Origin: Eledone cirrhosa
Lineage: Eukaryota
Assembly (NCBI GenBank): GCA_964016885.1
Contig: OZ024747.1
Coordinates: 78,740,001 to 78,804,000, forward strand
DNA: 64,000 nucleotides
Direction of reading: 5' to 3'
Below the pieces are notes generated by a model. That model was not told the origin of the DNA. It saw only the letters and a list, made by a program, of their open reading frames with translations, and searched no databases. Each line of letters begins with the position of its first letter. The first letter of the stretch is position 1. Shown here in pieces: positions 1 to 13,357 of the stretch. A program made the position numbers and the translations under genes.

Positions 1-178
1 GTGTCTGTGTGAGAGTGTGTGTGTGTTAGGAATGGCATCCAGTTGTGAAAACCAAGTCAAAATCAGTTCTGTATGAGCAAGACATGGCCACCTGACTTAG
101 CATTGCCCACAACAGGACAACTAGTCTAACCCATGCTAACCTGGTTAAATGGACATAAAATCCTTTTTAATCTTTGTT

Positions 179-218
<40 letters not shown>

Positions 219-302
219 GCATGGAACAGTGCTTTTGTTACTGTATGAACATTAATAAATAATATATCAGCTCTCTACCTGATTGAGCACTGTTTTCCTT
301 TG

Positions 303-340
<38 letters not shown>

Positions 341-1404
341 TATATGCGTTCACTGCCCATGTCTCGCTACCATGCAGCATGACACTTCACACACAGGCAT
401 TTTACAGCTGACCTTTCATTCGCAAGGAGAAACGTTTTATTGTTACTAATTCTATAAAATTCTTCCATCCTGTCCTTATTCTAGCTACTATGCTCTCTGA
501 ACAGCCTCCTCCACTGATAATTATATCACCTAAAGTTATATTCCTTATTTCAATATTAAGATGGTATTTGTAACATAACAGAAGTAAAATTGTATTGGAA
601 GGTTTTATTTTAAACAGAAACCGTCTGAAACGGGTTGTTTTGTTCCGTAGAACCAGAAGCAGGTTGGTTTCAAAAGTATTACACTGAAATATTCATCGTT
701 ATATGAACCCAAGAGCAAGATTCAAGGTTAGAGAACTCTTTCTTATCTTCACAAGTGAAAATAACAAAGTGGAAAATAATATACAGAAGTTATGTCCCTT
801 GCAACATTTCCTTCTATCTGTTGTATACAATATTTTATAGAAGTAAATTTTCACAACTCTCACAGAAGCAATATTAATTTCTAATATCTATTTTTGCACA
901 TAATATGCACTACCTCTTTAAACAAATGATAATCTAGGTTAAGTTTTTATTTTTATTTATTCAATAGTGAGCTTCTGTTTATCAAATATTTCAGAATACA
1001 CTGTCCCATTTTTTTAATATGATAATTAATTCAGAGGAATATGTTTGGCTTCACATTCCATTGCAATAACTACAAGAACAATATCACAGACAGGGACTAC
1101 AAGTATATTCTAGACTAGGAATCTTCAAATTTAAAGGGTTATAGCATCATGAAGAACATCCAGCCCCCAAAAGTCCTGTCCAACCCGTGATAGCATGGAA
1201 AGGTCAGTGTAAAAAAGATGATGATGGGATATCCATCAATGGGTTAACAGTAGTAACAATTTTAATGAAAGAAATCGAATGGATTTTTCTAACATCATAT
1301 AAGTTTAATTATTCCAAACAAAAATCAAAACTGAGTTTCATTTTCATATGAAGCTGAAAAATTGCCAAATTCCAAGGATTTGCTATGATCTGCTCATTAC
1401 AAGA

Positions 1405-1570
1405 AAGCAAGTAGCCTACTGGTTAGGGTGTTGAACTCTTCATCATATGGTCATGGGTTTGATTCCTGGACTGAGTGGCATATTATGTGCTTAGACAAGA
1501 TGCTTCATTTCACATTACTTCAGTCTACTCAGTTGAAAAATAAATCAGGACCAGCATCTGGCATCCAGTC
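1405..1570 (+). mobile_element. Decayed tRNA-derived SINE
   Basis: A-box-like tagcctactggttagg and B-box-like gggtttgattcc, followed by a body (gacaagatgcttcatttcacatt) shared with the minus-strand copy at 1760-2020. Confidence 0.6.
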
Positions 1571-1759
1571 CAGAGAAGGGCAGAGTTTTTATGATAGGAT
1601 TGTGACCTTTATTATTAAAACACACATGATAAAAATCCTTGCAAACAATAAATCTAAAAATTATAAATTTAAATTGTGCAACTAACATGATACAGTACTT
1701 CCAAATAAAGACTCCCTTTGGTAATAGCTGATTATCATTTAGCACCTAGAAAGATGCTC

Positions 1760-2020
1760 TCTAAAGTGCAAGACTAGGTAAGGTGAGTTGTGGAAAGCCA
1801 GCAGTTACTCATATCGGCAAGTCTCTTCTCTCCACATCACCAATGTTGCTTACAGGAAAAGCAAATGCCTTTACAGCCTGGTATAAGTGATATCGCAGGC
1901 AAACCAAAGCAATGTGAAATGAAGTGACTTACTCAAGGAAAAATGCCGCGTGCAGTTTTAGAATAAAAACCATGCCCTTATGATCATAAGCCCCAAACCC
2001 TAACCACTTGGCCATCCACA
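1760..2020 (-). mobile_element. Decayed tRNA-derived SINE with RTE-like tail
   Basis: Minus strand starts tggccaagtggttaggg (A box), then cttgagtaagtcacttcatttcacattgct. A related decayed copy lies at about 23890-24340. Confidence 0.55.
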
Positions 2021-2758
2021 GTACTTCCAAATACATCTCACAATTTTAGGTTATATCATTCGAAAAGGTATCCAAAATTAAACAAATGTAAAGTTGTTAA
2101 TATTAAAATATTTGCAGAATTATCAAATTAAAAACTGTATGGAAACATTTATATTAAAATGTTAAGAAAATAAGACAAGCTAAACAAAAATGAAATAAAG
2201 AGAAATAAAAAAAAAATAGTAAATTAGTATAGAAATAAAATCAAACTCAATTGAACCTCTGTTTAAATTAGGAAAATATTTTAAGTGTGGGGTTGTATTG
2301 AAAATCACTGACATCTGGGTAGCAAGGTGAGAAAAGATTGGAGAAAGATGAAAGAATCTCAGACTATATGATCATGACACATAACAGTGGAACTGATGTG
2401 AAATTACAGAGGAAAATTAATGGCATCTTCTAATAACAAATAATTAAAACCAACAAATGTGACGGGCAACTATTTTATAGCTTAAATTGACACAGGCCTA
2501 CTTTGTTGTTTGTATTTCTGGAAGGCTAAGAAGTCAACCATTCTATAATCTGAATTTTTATTTTATTTATTTAGTTAGTTTGATTTGGTTTGAAGGAAAG
2601 GTGAGACTGATGTTGTTAATGTTCTGCTTAAATTGTTGCAAGTTAATAGCTGCAAAGAAAGGGATGTGCAAGAAGGGAATTCCAGGTAGTTACATTATTA
2701 CTGACTTAATTACTGTTGTTGTTTTGGGGGGTTTTACTTGGTATGTCAAGAAGAAGAG

Positions 2759-4952
2759 ACACAGGCCATGGTCTTCACAAGCCATGGTCTTCACAAGCCA
2801 TGGTCTTCACAAGCCATGGTCTTCACAAGCCATGGTCTTCACAGGCATGGTCTTCATAAGCCAAGGTCTTCACAAGCCATGGTCTTCACAAGCCATGGTC
2901 TTCACAAGCCATGGTCTTCACAAGCCATGGTCTTCATAAGCCAAGGTCTTCACAGGCCATGGTCTTCACAAGCCATGGTCTTCACAAGCCATGGTCTTCA
3001 CAAGCCATGGTCTTCACAAGCCATGGTCTTCACAGGCATGGTCTTCATAAGCCAAGGTCTTCACAGGCCATGGTCTTCACAGGCCATGGTCTTCACAGGC
3101 CATGGTCTTCACAGGCCATGGTCTTCACAAGCCATGGTCTTCACAAGCCATGGTCTTCACAAGCCATGGTCTTCACAAGCCATGGTCTTCACAGGCCATA
3201 GTCTTCACAGGCCATAGTCTTCACAGGCATGGTCTTCATAAGCCAAGGTCTTCACAGGCCATGGTCTTCACAGGCCATGGTCTTCACAAGCCATGGTCTT
3301 CACAAGCCATGGTCTTCACAAGCCATGGTCTTCACAAGCCATGGTCTTCACAGGCCATAGTCTTCACAGGCCATGGTCTTCACAGGCCATAGTCTTCACA
3401 GGCCATGGTCTTCACAAGCCATGGTCTTCATAAGCCAAGGTCTTCACAGGCCATGGTCTTCACAGGCCATGGTCTTCACAAGCCATGGTCTTCACAAGCC
3501 ATGGTCTTCACAGGCCATAGTCTTCACAGGCCATGGTCTTCACAAGCCATGGTCTTCACAAGCCATGGTCTTCATAAGCCAAGGTCTTCACAGGCCATGG
3601 TCTTCACAGGCCATGGTCTTCACAAGCCATGGTCTTCACAAGCCATGGTCTTCACAGGCCATGGTCTTCACAAGCCATGGTCTTCACAAGCCATGGTCTT
3701 CACAGGCCATGGTCTTCACAAGCCATGGTCTTCACAAGCCATGGTCTTCACAAGCCATGGTCTTCACAAGCCATGGTCTTCACAAGCCATGGTCTTCACA
3801 GGCCATGGTCTTCACAGGCCATGGTCTTCACAAGCCATGGTCTTCACAAGCCATGGTCTTCACAAGCCATGGTCTTCACAAGCCATGGTCTTCACAAGCC
3901 ATGGTCTTCACAAGCCATGGTCTTCACAGGCCATGGTCTTCACAAGCCATGGTCTTCACAAGCCATGGTCTTCACAGGCCATGGTCTTCACAGGCCATGG
4001 TCTTCACAGGCCATGGTCTTCACAGGCCATGGTCTTCACAGGCCATAGTCTTCACAGGCCATGGTCTTCACAAGCCATGGTCTTCACAGGCCATGGTCTT
4101 CACAGGCCATGGTCTTCACAGGCCATGGTCTTCACAAGCCATGGTCTTCACAGGCCATGGTCTTCACAGGCCATAGTCTTCACAAGCCATGGTCTTCACA
4201 AGCCATGGTCTTCACAGGCCATGGTCTTCACAGGCCATGGTCTTCACAGGCCATGGTCTTCACAAGCCATGGTCTTCACAGGCCATGGTCTTCACAGGCC
4301 ATAGTCTTGACAGGCCATGGTCTTCACAAGCCATGGTCTTCACAGGCCATGGTCTTCACAAGCCATGGTCTTCACAGGCCATGGTCTTCACAAGCTATGG
4401 TCTTCACAGGCCATGGTCTTCACAGGCCATGGTCTTCACAAGCTATGGTCTTCACAGGCCATGGTCTTCACAGGCCATGGTCTTCACAGGCCATGGTCTT
4501 CACAGGCCATAGTCTTCACAGGCCATGGTCTTCACAGGCCATGGTCTTCACAGGCCATGGTCTTCACAGGCCATGGTCTTCACAGGCCATGGTCTTCACA
4601 GGCCATGGTCTTCACAGGCCATGGTCTTCACAGGCCATGGTCTTCACAAGCCATGGTCTTCACAGGCCATGGTCTTCACAGGCCATAGTCTTCACAGGCC
4701 ATGATCTTCACAAGCCATGGTCTTCACAGGCCATAGTCTTCACAGGCCATGGTCTTCACAGGCCATGGTCTTCACAAGCCATGGTCTTCACAAGCCATGG
4801 TCTTCACAGGCCATGGTCTTCACAAGCCATGGTCTTCACAGGCCATGGTCTTCACAAGCTATGGTCTTCACAGGCCATGGTCTTCACAGGCCATGGTCTT
4901 CACAAGCCATGGTCTTCACAAGCCATGGTCTTCACAAGCTATGGTCTTCACA
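2759..4952. repeat. 16-bp minisatellite (CACA[A/G]GCCATGGTCTT)n, ~137 copies
   Basis: Tandem repeat read directly; it accounts for all ORFs at 2.5-5.0 kb. Confidence 0.98.
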
Positions 4953-6030
4953 TGTCTTCCAAAACTGGAGAGACCAAAGTTGTTGATGTTCTGCTTAAAC
5001 TGTTGCAAGTACACTCCTTTTGGAAAGACATAACCAGGAAGGGAGTTCTAGGGAACTAACATTCTAGACAGGAAGGAGTGGGTGTGGCAGCTAGTTTGGG
5101 GCTTGAGGGAAGTGGGTGATACAATATGGATGATGAGGAAAGTTGACTGATTTTGAAGCACTTAACACAAGACTTTTGAGTTCTAAGAAGCAGAAACAAT
5201 TGTTATAATATTAGAAAAAACAGAGTGAGAAGACAGCCTGCTTGTGGGACAGTGATTGGAATATATCAATTGAGTGACCATTCTTTGGGTACAGTCTAGG
5301 TTGTCTGTGTATATGTCAGTTCAGTGACCATTCTTTGGATAATGTCTAGGTTATCTGTGTATATACCAGCACCAACCTAGATGTATTAGTACTCCATTGT
5401 GAGACTTAGCTGGCTCTCTAAAGAAAACAGCCTATCAGAGATACAGTCTTTGCTAAGTTAACTTTTAACATCCTGTGATGATTTAGTGGAAAAGCAGGTT
5501 TGTTGATTTAAATGCTTATAGTAACTTTATTGGTGGACAGATCAGTGAAAAAAATCCAAGTAAAGACTTGGATTTTTAATGTATGCAATCATAGTGATGC
5601 TTTGTACTTTTTGAGAATGTCTTGCAAATGCAGTTTGATATGGTGCAAGACATTAAAAGTGTATTCTTTAGGAGAGATCCTCAGTGATAATGAGGCCTAC
5701 CATTTGAGGTGACCAAAATGGTTCTAGTTGTGTACAGTTTGTGTTTAAACAGAGTGAAGTGAGCCAATGTTTTCTTGGTATGTGCAGTGATTATGTTTTT
5801 GTTGATGAAGGTAAGAAGATTAGACTGGCCCCATTGATGGTTGTGTCAAAGGTCCCTATTCATAGAATCAGTGCAGATTTGGCATGAGGTATCTAAGTTG
5901 GATACAGAAGGTTAAGAAGGAATTAAATGTAGTATCATATGACTAAGAATTGACAGTTGATGATAATGGCAAGTAGGTGATTGGAATAAAACCCTGGAGT
6001 ACACCAGACTTGATAGAATGTCTCATTTGT
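4953..6030 (-). mobile_element. Decayed CR1/L2-type LINE, RT and C-terminal part
   Basis: Minus strand shows SGVLQG (GVPQG-like) near 6000 and a C-terminal NSLPGYVFPKGVYLQQFKQNINN near 4980-5050, with many stops. A second copy of the 3' end lies at about 2600-2690. Confidence 0.6.
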
Positions 6031-6052
6031 AGTAGTATAACTACATCTATCA

Positions 6053-6273
6053 TTAACCCTTTTCATACCATATTTCTAATGGTTTACAAATAATTGTGAA
6101 AATTACAAGAAATTTCAATGTATTTAGTAATATAACTAACTTTCTCATTAAGCTGGTGATTAGAACAAAGGTTCTTACATAAGATTAAGATGGAAGGTTT
6201 TTAGATAAATATAAACACTTTAAAACAGTTTCGTATTGTAGAACCAGTGGTGCTTTGGTATGAAAAGGGTTAA
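6053..6273. mobile_element. TTAA-flanked ~220-bp MITE (piggyBac-like termini)
   Basis: TTAA|CCCTTTTCATACCA ... TGGTATGAAAAGGG|TTAA; more than 10 related copies in the window. Confidence 0.8.
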
Positions 6274-6316
6274 AGAAATGGTATAATGATGAGATCTACA
6301 CTAAATTTCCACCTAC

Positions 6317-6543
6317 TTTGATGTGTTCTTGCAATTGCTTTTCATGTTCTTGAGCAAGCTGCTTTTGCTGCTGCTGGAACTGGTGCAGCAACATCTCTTG
6401 TTGCAGCTGATGTTGCTGTTTTATAGAAGCAAGTTGTTGCTGAAACTGCTGGTCTGTAAAAATGCTACCAGGCAATGTCTGCGCTGCCTGTGCTGTTGTG
6501 GTCGGTGCAGACCGCCGTGCAACAGGAGGAGAGGGTGGAAGAT
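6317..6543 (-). CDS. HDAC4: Internal coding exon of a class IIa histone deacetylase (HDAC4/5/9-like), glutamine-rich N-terminal domain
   Basis: Minus strand reads tttcatttcattccag|ATCTTCCA...CACATCAAA|gtaggt; 227 nt, phase 1 to phase 0. It translates as (x)LPPSPPVARRSAPTTTAQAAQTLPGSIFTDQQFQQQLASIKQQHQLQQEMLLHQFQQQQKQLAQEHEKQLQEHIK, which aligns by eye to human HDAC4 [46 protein letters not shown]. The exon is absent from the ORF track. Confidence 0.88.
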
Positions 6544-7420
6544 CTGGAATGAAATGAAATTAAACATTTAAATTTTATGTTAGAAGTTTAATAGCAAAAA
6601 CACACTTGGATTTTATAAAAGAGAAGTAATCAGAAGTTGCATGATTTAAGAATTTCTATGGAGGAATTAAAAGTAAAATTACCTATAGTGGGATTTGAAC
6701 TCTGATCCAAATACCAAAAAGTATTTTGTCTAAAGTTCTACCATATTTGGTACATCACCATCCTTGCAACAATAACAACAACAATAATAATAATGACTAT
6801 TTCTTTTGTTGCCAAATAAAAGGCTATAAGAACTTTTTAGTTGTGTGAAAGATATGGCCACCTAGCTAGTGCCGGTGATCTACATGGTAAAGTAATTGAT
6901 GAATGGAAGGACAACTAGAGGGTGAGGAGGATTCTTCAGATGTGTCAAAAACATGACAACCTTCCTAGTGCTGATACCATGATAAAATACACTCAGTAGA
7001 ACGTGGGAACATATGTGAGATGCAGGCCTCCAACCAATCTAAGAAGTCAGTGGCTCTGCTTGAATACTGACTATGTAGACCTGTCTAACCCTTGCTAGCT
7101 GGGAAGACAACTGTTAAGTGATGATGATGACTAATGATGAGGATGATAAATCCCCACAATAACTGATCAGAGCACAATTGAACTCAGAAAAGCAAGATAC
7201 CCACAAAGTTTCCTAATATTAGAAGCAAATCCACTATAATAATGAGGACAAGGAGAATGTGATATATTGATGATAATGTGAATAATGTTTTTATTATCTT
7301 AATTATGAAGATTCAAATTAAGCTAATTAGAATTGGAAAGTTATATTATACCAGTGACTTTTTACTTCATGATACAAACTCCAGATATTACTGAGAGGCT
7401 TACAAAGAAACCTTAAATTT

Positions 7421-7600
7421 AATAATTGTTTCTACTTTAGGCACAAGGCCAGCAATTACCCAGTGCATTACTGGTACTTTATTTTATCGACCCCGTAAGG
7501 ATGAAAGGCAAAGTCAACCTCGGCGGGATTTGAACTCAGATCGTAAAGAGGTGTAACTATGCTGGAAAGCATGGCGTCCGACCCTCTACCGATACTGCCA
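7421..7600 (-). mobile_element. Young Nin/Deu-domain tRNA-SINE
   Basis: B box gagttcaaatcc followed by gcctttcatccttacggggtcgataaaataaagtaccag; nearly identical to the copies at 10560, 29570 and 32760. Confidence 0.85.
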
Positions 7601-7834
7601 AAATAATAGGAAGAATATATATACACCTTTTTATGTACATATTTTATTGGCACATAGTATGGCAGGAAACATCCCAGTTTAGTCTCAATTGTTGCCTTTT
7701 TGCACCAAATTCCTCATCCTAGCAACATCAATAACAAAACGAAGAGATTAAAGGGGAAAACATTCTTTCAGTTTTTCAATATCACTATAATCTGTATGTG
7801 TGTATGAGTATATGTATATAAACACACACACACA

Positions 7835-7870
<36 letters not shown>

Positions 7871-8275
7871 AACACACACACACATAAATAAATATAAATA
7901 AAGTTCTTATCATTGGCCAAGGGATCCTCCTAGCCTTACAATATGAACAGATAAGTGAGACAATACAGTATACTGGATATTTACTAGTATGTCTTCAGAG
8001 AAATATCATCATTATAAATGCAAATGAAAGGTACAATTTGTTTTCAGATACAAAAATTGCAACGCACACGCGCACACACCTATGCACGTGCACCCACACA
8101 CACACTCAATCCTACAGTTGGCAGTGTCTGAAAAAATATATCATCCAATCATATCTTGCTGAACAGAGGCCAATCATAATTCATTAATACTGACTTTAGA
8201 AAGCAAGAGTAATATTAATAACCATAAATTATTTCTCTCTAAAACACCCACCCACACATGCAACTGTTCATATGC

Positions 8276-8519
8276 TTAACCTTTTTGATAGAAATTTCTT
8301 TTGAAAGACAGTTCTCATATAATTTTGAAAATAATCAAATATTTGGAGGAGTTTAGTAAAATAACTACCTTTTTTTTATGAATAAATTGATATTTGGAAC
8401 ATAACAAAAAATTCTTATATAAAATTATGATGGAATGTTTTAATATAATGAAGAATTCTTTAAAATAGGTAGTTTTGAATCACAGGCAGATTCTGACTGT
8501 TTGCATTGAAAAGGGTTAA
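8276..8519. mobile_element. TTAA-flanked MITE copy
   Basis: ttaacctttt...aaaagggttaa with internal similarity to 6053-6273. Confidence 0.7.
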
Positions 8520-10159
8520 ACTACACTGTATAACAACTGCTCATATATATACTCTTTTGGAATTGAGATTATGGTATTATGATGCTGATGATGTAGTTGA
8601 ACTTTGCTTTGACAGATATATGGCACACAGCTAGCCAAGAAACAACTTAGAAGTCTCTGTATTTTGGATATAGTTTGAATTCTGTATTCTGGATCTAATT
8701 TAAATTAAACTTAAATGAAGACACTGCCATTGATCTTTAATTATTTTGAAACTAAACAAGAATTTATAGGGATTTAGTTACATAACTTTCTAGTTAAGCT
8801 GGTGTTTAGAACATATCAAAGGTTCTTACATAAAACCATGACAAAGGGTTTAAATTTAAATTTGAACATTTCATGATGAGTGGTTTCAGGCAGTTTGGTA
8901 GCTGAATGGTTAATTGGAATTCTAATTGAAGGTCAAATCTTTAAAGATAATGTATTGAGTTGGTCAAGTCATTAGGTAGAAAATCCTTCACTGGTTTGCA
9001 AAAATATTGTGGTTTGTCCTTAAGCGTAAGGTTGTTAGGTAAGGTTCGAATCAACTGAGTTCATCACTGTATTTATTACTGGTACTTATTTCATCATTTC
9101 CAGAGAAATAAAAGTTATAACCAGCCCTTGTAGGATTTGAACTCCGAATATAGACAGGCAAAGGTAAATAATCTAAAACCCCACTGCATTCCTCATGTAA
9201 GAATTTATATCTAAGAATTTCCAACTTAAATTCAACACAAATTTTAGTGGAAGCCCTTCCCCTGCATGAAATATCAAAAAAATTCAGATGAATACAACAC
9301 AGCCATCTTTTACATTAAGACAATAAATCATTAATTCTTTCTCAGTTGTTAGCAGTTAATATATCTTCTATGGACTATAGTCACAGTTATCAAAGATTAG
9401 ATCACCTCATGAAAACACTATTATTTTCCTCAGCTCACTTAACATGCTTTTGATAAATATTGTTTTTCTTTAAAAGAAATTCCCTTCATAATTTCATGTC
9501 ATAATTGTTTAAGATAAATAGGAAAGTTTAATAGGAATTTGAAATACAAACGAGAGCCTTTGTAAATCATGACATTAAATCCTTTTCCCCCATCACAGTG
9601 AGAACAGGTTAATTGCTCTAGTCTTCTAGGCTACCGCAATTTTCTTATCATTTATTTAGTATACTACTGATACACTACACTTCCTTATATTCTCCAGTCA
9701 GAATAGGTTATGTACTCCTGCAACTGCTGATGGTTTAATTATTATTGGTGTTTTCGGCAACCCAGTAACTAAATCAATTATTTAGTGAAGTGGCCTTAAA
9801 CCTTTCATTACCATATTTCAAATGAAACACACTGTCTATAATTTTCAAATAATTTTGAAAATAATATTAAAAAAGGGAAGGATTTTGTAAAATAACTCAT
9901 TCAGGTCTGGTATTCGGAGTATAATCTAAAAAATGTTCTTAAATAAAATTATGATAGAAGGTTTCTACATAAACATAAACACTTTAAAATAAACAGTTTT
10001 GTATTGTAGAACCAGGAGCAGTTTCAGGAAACTTAGTAAAGTTTAATTAGGGAGCCAAGAAATCTTAATTATTTAAAATCACACCCATAATTAAGAGAAG
10101 CAGTCATTTGTTATCATAATGAATAGACAACTCTGAAATATGGATTTTAAATAATGGTG

Positions 10160-10233
<74 letters not shown>

Positions 10234-10559
10234 CACTCAATTACAGTAAAAGATAGTCCACAATCCTCTTCCAACCATTTCATTATAAGTTGTGGGCCCA
10301 TGGTGAAGTAATTAACCCTGGACATAGGCAGGATTGGAATCCCTAGATAGAAAGCAATGAGTTAGAACAGAGCTACTGTGTTGAGACAGAATTATATATT
10401 ACTAATCAAAGTTTGATATATATATATTACAAATGAACACATTTAATGGTATTAAACTAATCTAACATTTAATTTTGTATATTAGTAAATTAAACATATA
10501 TTATTAATCATATATTATCTGAAACATCTAATTACATATTATTAATTTAAAATATGCAA

Positions 10560-10748
10560 AGGGTGGTGGATTGGCAATATCGGTAGAGGTTCGGGCGCCA
10601 TGCTTTGCAGCAAAGAGTTACGGCCCTTTATGATCTGAGTTCAAATCCCGCCGAGGTTAACTTTGCCTTTCATCCTTACGGGGTCGATAAAATAAAGTAC
10701 CAGTAATACACTGGGATAATTGCTGGCCTTGTGCCAAAAGTAGAAACA
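10560..10748 (+). mobile_element. Full-length Nin/Deu-domain tRNA-SINE with 19-bp TSD
   Basis: A and B boxes, Nin/Deu core, and TSD attaatttaaaatatgcaa at 10541-10559 and 10749-10767. Confidence 0.9.
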
Positions 10749-10765
10749 ATTAATTTAAAATATGC

Positions 10766-10980
10766 AATTGTATATTACTAATTTACAACATTTAATTGTA
10801 TATTACTAATTTACAACATTTAATTGTATATTACTAATTTACCACATTTAATTGGGTATTACTAATTTACAACATTTAATTGGGTATTATTAATTTACCA
10901 CATTTAATTGGGTATTACTAATTTACAACATTTAATTGGGTATTATTAATTTACCACATTTAATTGGGTATTATTAATCT
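10766..10980. repeat. 28-bp AT-rich minisatellite, ~7.5 copies
   Basis: Unit aattg(t/g)(a/g)tattactaatttac(a/c)acattt repeated in tandem. Confidence 0.9.
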
Positions 10981-10994
10981 AACACATTTCCCAC

Positions 10995-11584
10995 AACACT
11001 CATACATAAGTCGAAGAATATGTGACATAAAAACAAAAAAAAAAACATGTTAAAATAAGGTTCAGCTGATATTCAAGGATATATTTTTCTGAGTTTCACC
11101 AACTTTAAAATTCTATGTAAATGAGGTGCTAAAATATTCTTGCTTTGGTGGTGAATATTATTACACTGGTTTCACTTCCGATGTGAAATTCATACTTACT
11201 ATTGTTTTTGACATGTTTTGAATGAATATAGCTTTCAAAACGATCAGAAATTGGTAAAAAACTATCATAACATAATGGAGTTGTGAAACAAAAACTATAT
11301 TCTAAACCAGTGGTTGCCAAACTTTTGACCTCATGGACCACTAATATGAATTTTTTTTAAAAAGATGAATACATCAAAATTTTTCTGCAGACCACTGGTA
11401 GGCAACCACTGCTTTAAACAACACTTTAAAAATGTTAAATATCAAAACTTCATAAATATATTCTCCACTTAAGAGAATTTCAAAACTGCACCATCTAAAT
11501 ATAATGTGTTGATTATCTGCCTCGGATTATAAACAGGGTTTGGAACTTATACTCAGATTGGCTTATATTTGAGTATATACGGTA
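10995..11584. mobile_element. Non-autonomous Tc2/pogo-like DNA transposon relic
   Basis: Right end ggcttatatttgagtatatacgg|ta matches a CCGTATATACTCGAGTATAAGCC-type TIR; the body is homologous, in inverted orientation, to 21962-22441. Confidence 0.7.
11308..11411. mobile_element. hAT/Charlie-type MITE (104 bp) nested in the Tc2-like element
   Basis: TIRs cagtggttgcc / ggcaaccactg; near-matching 8-bp TSD ttctaaac / ctttaaac; absent from the sister copy at 22 kb. Confidence 0.85.
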
Positions 11585-12479
11585 ACTGTATATTACTAAA
11601 TCATTACAGGATGTTAAAAGTTAAAACAGTTTTATGTCACTGAATCAGGAGTGGTTTAAGGTAGTTTTGTATCTAAAAGGTTGGAGTAAGGAATATTGTT
11701 TATATTGAATACAAAACTTCTGACAGAGAGAGAGCAAGCCTTATTTTGTACAATTTCTTCAAAAAGATAAGATTTAGCCATGTTATACATGCCACAAAAG
11801 AAATTCTATGCTCTAAATATTCTTTCAAACATTTTAAAAGATCTAATGTCCCCTGCTGCTAAACCCTGTACTTACAGTTTCAAATATGAGTTAAAAGAAA
11901 GAGTTGGGTTACAGAGAGAGCCATGTCATTTTATTACAGTATTTGGGTGGAGTAGTAGGGAGATGGGGAAACACATTCTCATCTTTTAGGTTTCAAGGAT
12001 GAACTCAAAATGTTCTCTTCTGTGAAATAAGATACCCATTATCCATTGTCACTGCTGGAAGACAAGGATTTGTTTCTCAAGTTGATGCCTATGACAACAC
12101 ACACACACACACACACACATTAATAGCAACACATTTGAACATCTTGAATGTCAAGGTTCAAGGCAACAACAGATTAACTGGGTCAAACATGTGGGAAAAC
12201 ATTGTAAGTATATAAACAAATGAATGAATAAACAAACAAATAAAAGGCAATGATCTTTCATGAATTCAACACTTGTCTAGAATCTTTTCAGATAAGTTTA
12301 CTGAGAATCTTTCTACAGAATATGAATTTTAGAAAAATAAAAAAAATCTTTTTATTACAAGCATCATCACCCCAACATGATAACCATCATTGTACAAGGG
12401 AACAGTTCATTATAGAAGAAACCTAATTTTCCCCACCCAATGATATTTACAGCACCCACTAACCCAGAACACACTAAGA

Positions 12480-12675
12480 ATTATTTCTAATTTAGACACA
12501 AGGTCAGCAATTTGTTGGGTAGAGAAAGTCACTTATATCAACCACAGTACTTGACTGGTACTATACTTTATTGGCCTTTCTCAGCAGAATTTGAACTCAG
12601 AACTCAAAGGGTCATAACTAAAAACTAGAAAGTATTTTCTCCAATACTCAAATGACTCTGCCAATCCACCACCCT
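12480..12675 (-). mobile_element. Older Nin/Deu-SINE copy
   Basis: Same head (gagttcaaattc) and tail (aattgctgaccttgtgtctaaattagaaataat) as the young copies, but diverged. Confidence 0.65.
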
Positions 12676-13233
12676 TCAGAACACTAAAAATACTACCTTA
12701 GAAACTATCCCTCCCACTTAAACCTAAATAAACACAAAATAAAATACACACACAAAAATAGCCACAGAATCAATAGCCTCATAATCCCCCAAAATATTCC
12801 CAAGTTCAACTTGTTTGCTTCAGCTATAGTCATACCCAGGAATAAAATAAAGGCAAGAAAAAGATATAGAGGAACAGATTAGACAGTAGAGGAAACACAT
12901 GTTCAGATTGCTACAATAAAGTACTGCATGTTAAAGTAGATAGTGTAAACCTGATCTATAGAGAGATAGATCTATGGCTTTCATCATAAATAACATATAC
13001 AGCTTTCTTAAAAATAAATAAGTATATGTTAGATCAACTAAATGCCTAGTTTTAATGAATATTTGTATAATAGTATACACAATATATATATATGTATGTG
13101 TGTATGTGTAGTAATAATAATAATGTGAAGACTAAAATCCAAAGAGGATTCGATAAAGATAAATATATAAGAACCCTAGAAGATCCCATTAAGGGTGAAC
13201 ACAGTGATTCTTTGCTTCAACTTTAATCTATTA

Positions 13234-13283
<50 letters not shown>

Positions 13284-13357
13284 TATTGAAGTTTCCGTTG
13301 AAAATTGAAAAAGTCATAGGAGTGAAGAGTGCTCTATGTAAGTTACAGAGCTAAATT

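Noticed and set aside
2487-5059. Multiple overlapping ORFs of MVFTSHGLHKPWSSQA repeats
   Set aside because: Translation of a stop-poor 16-bp tandem repeat in all three frames; no gene structure.
6323-6571. Plus-strand Leu-rich 82-aa ORF
   Set aside because: Antisense shadow of the CAG/CAA-rich HDAC exon.
10560-10650. tRNA genes at A/B-box motifs
   Set aside because: These are SINE heads continuing into the Nin core and tail; no cloverleaf.
12035-12088. Possible minus-strand exon after (GT)n-catag
   Set aside because: Stops in all three frames and a weak donor.
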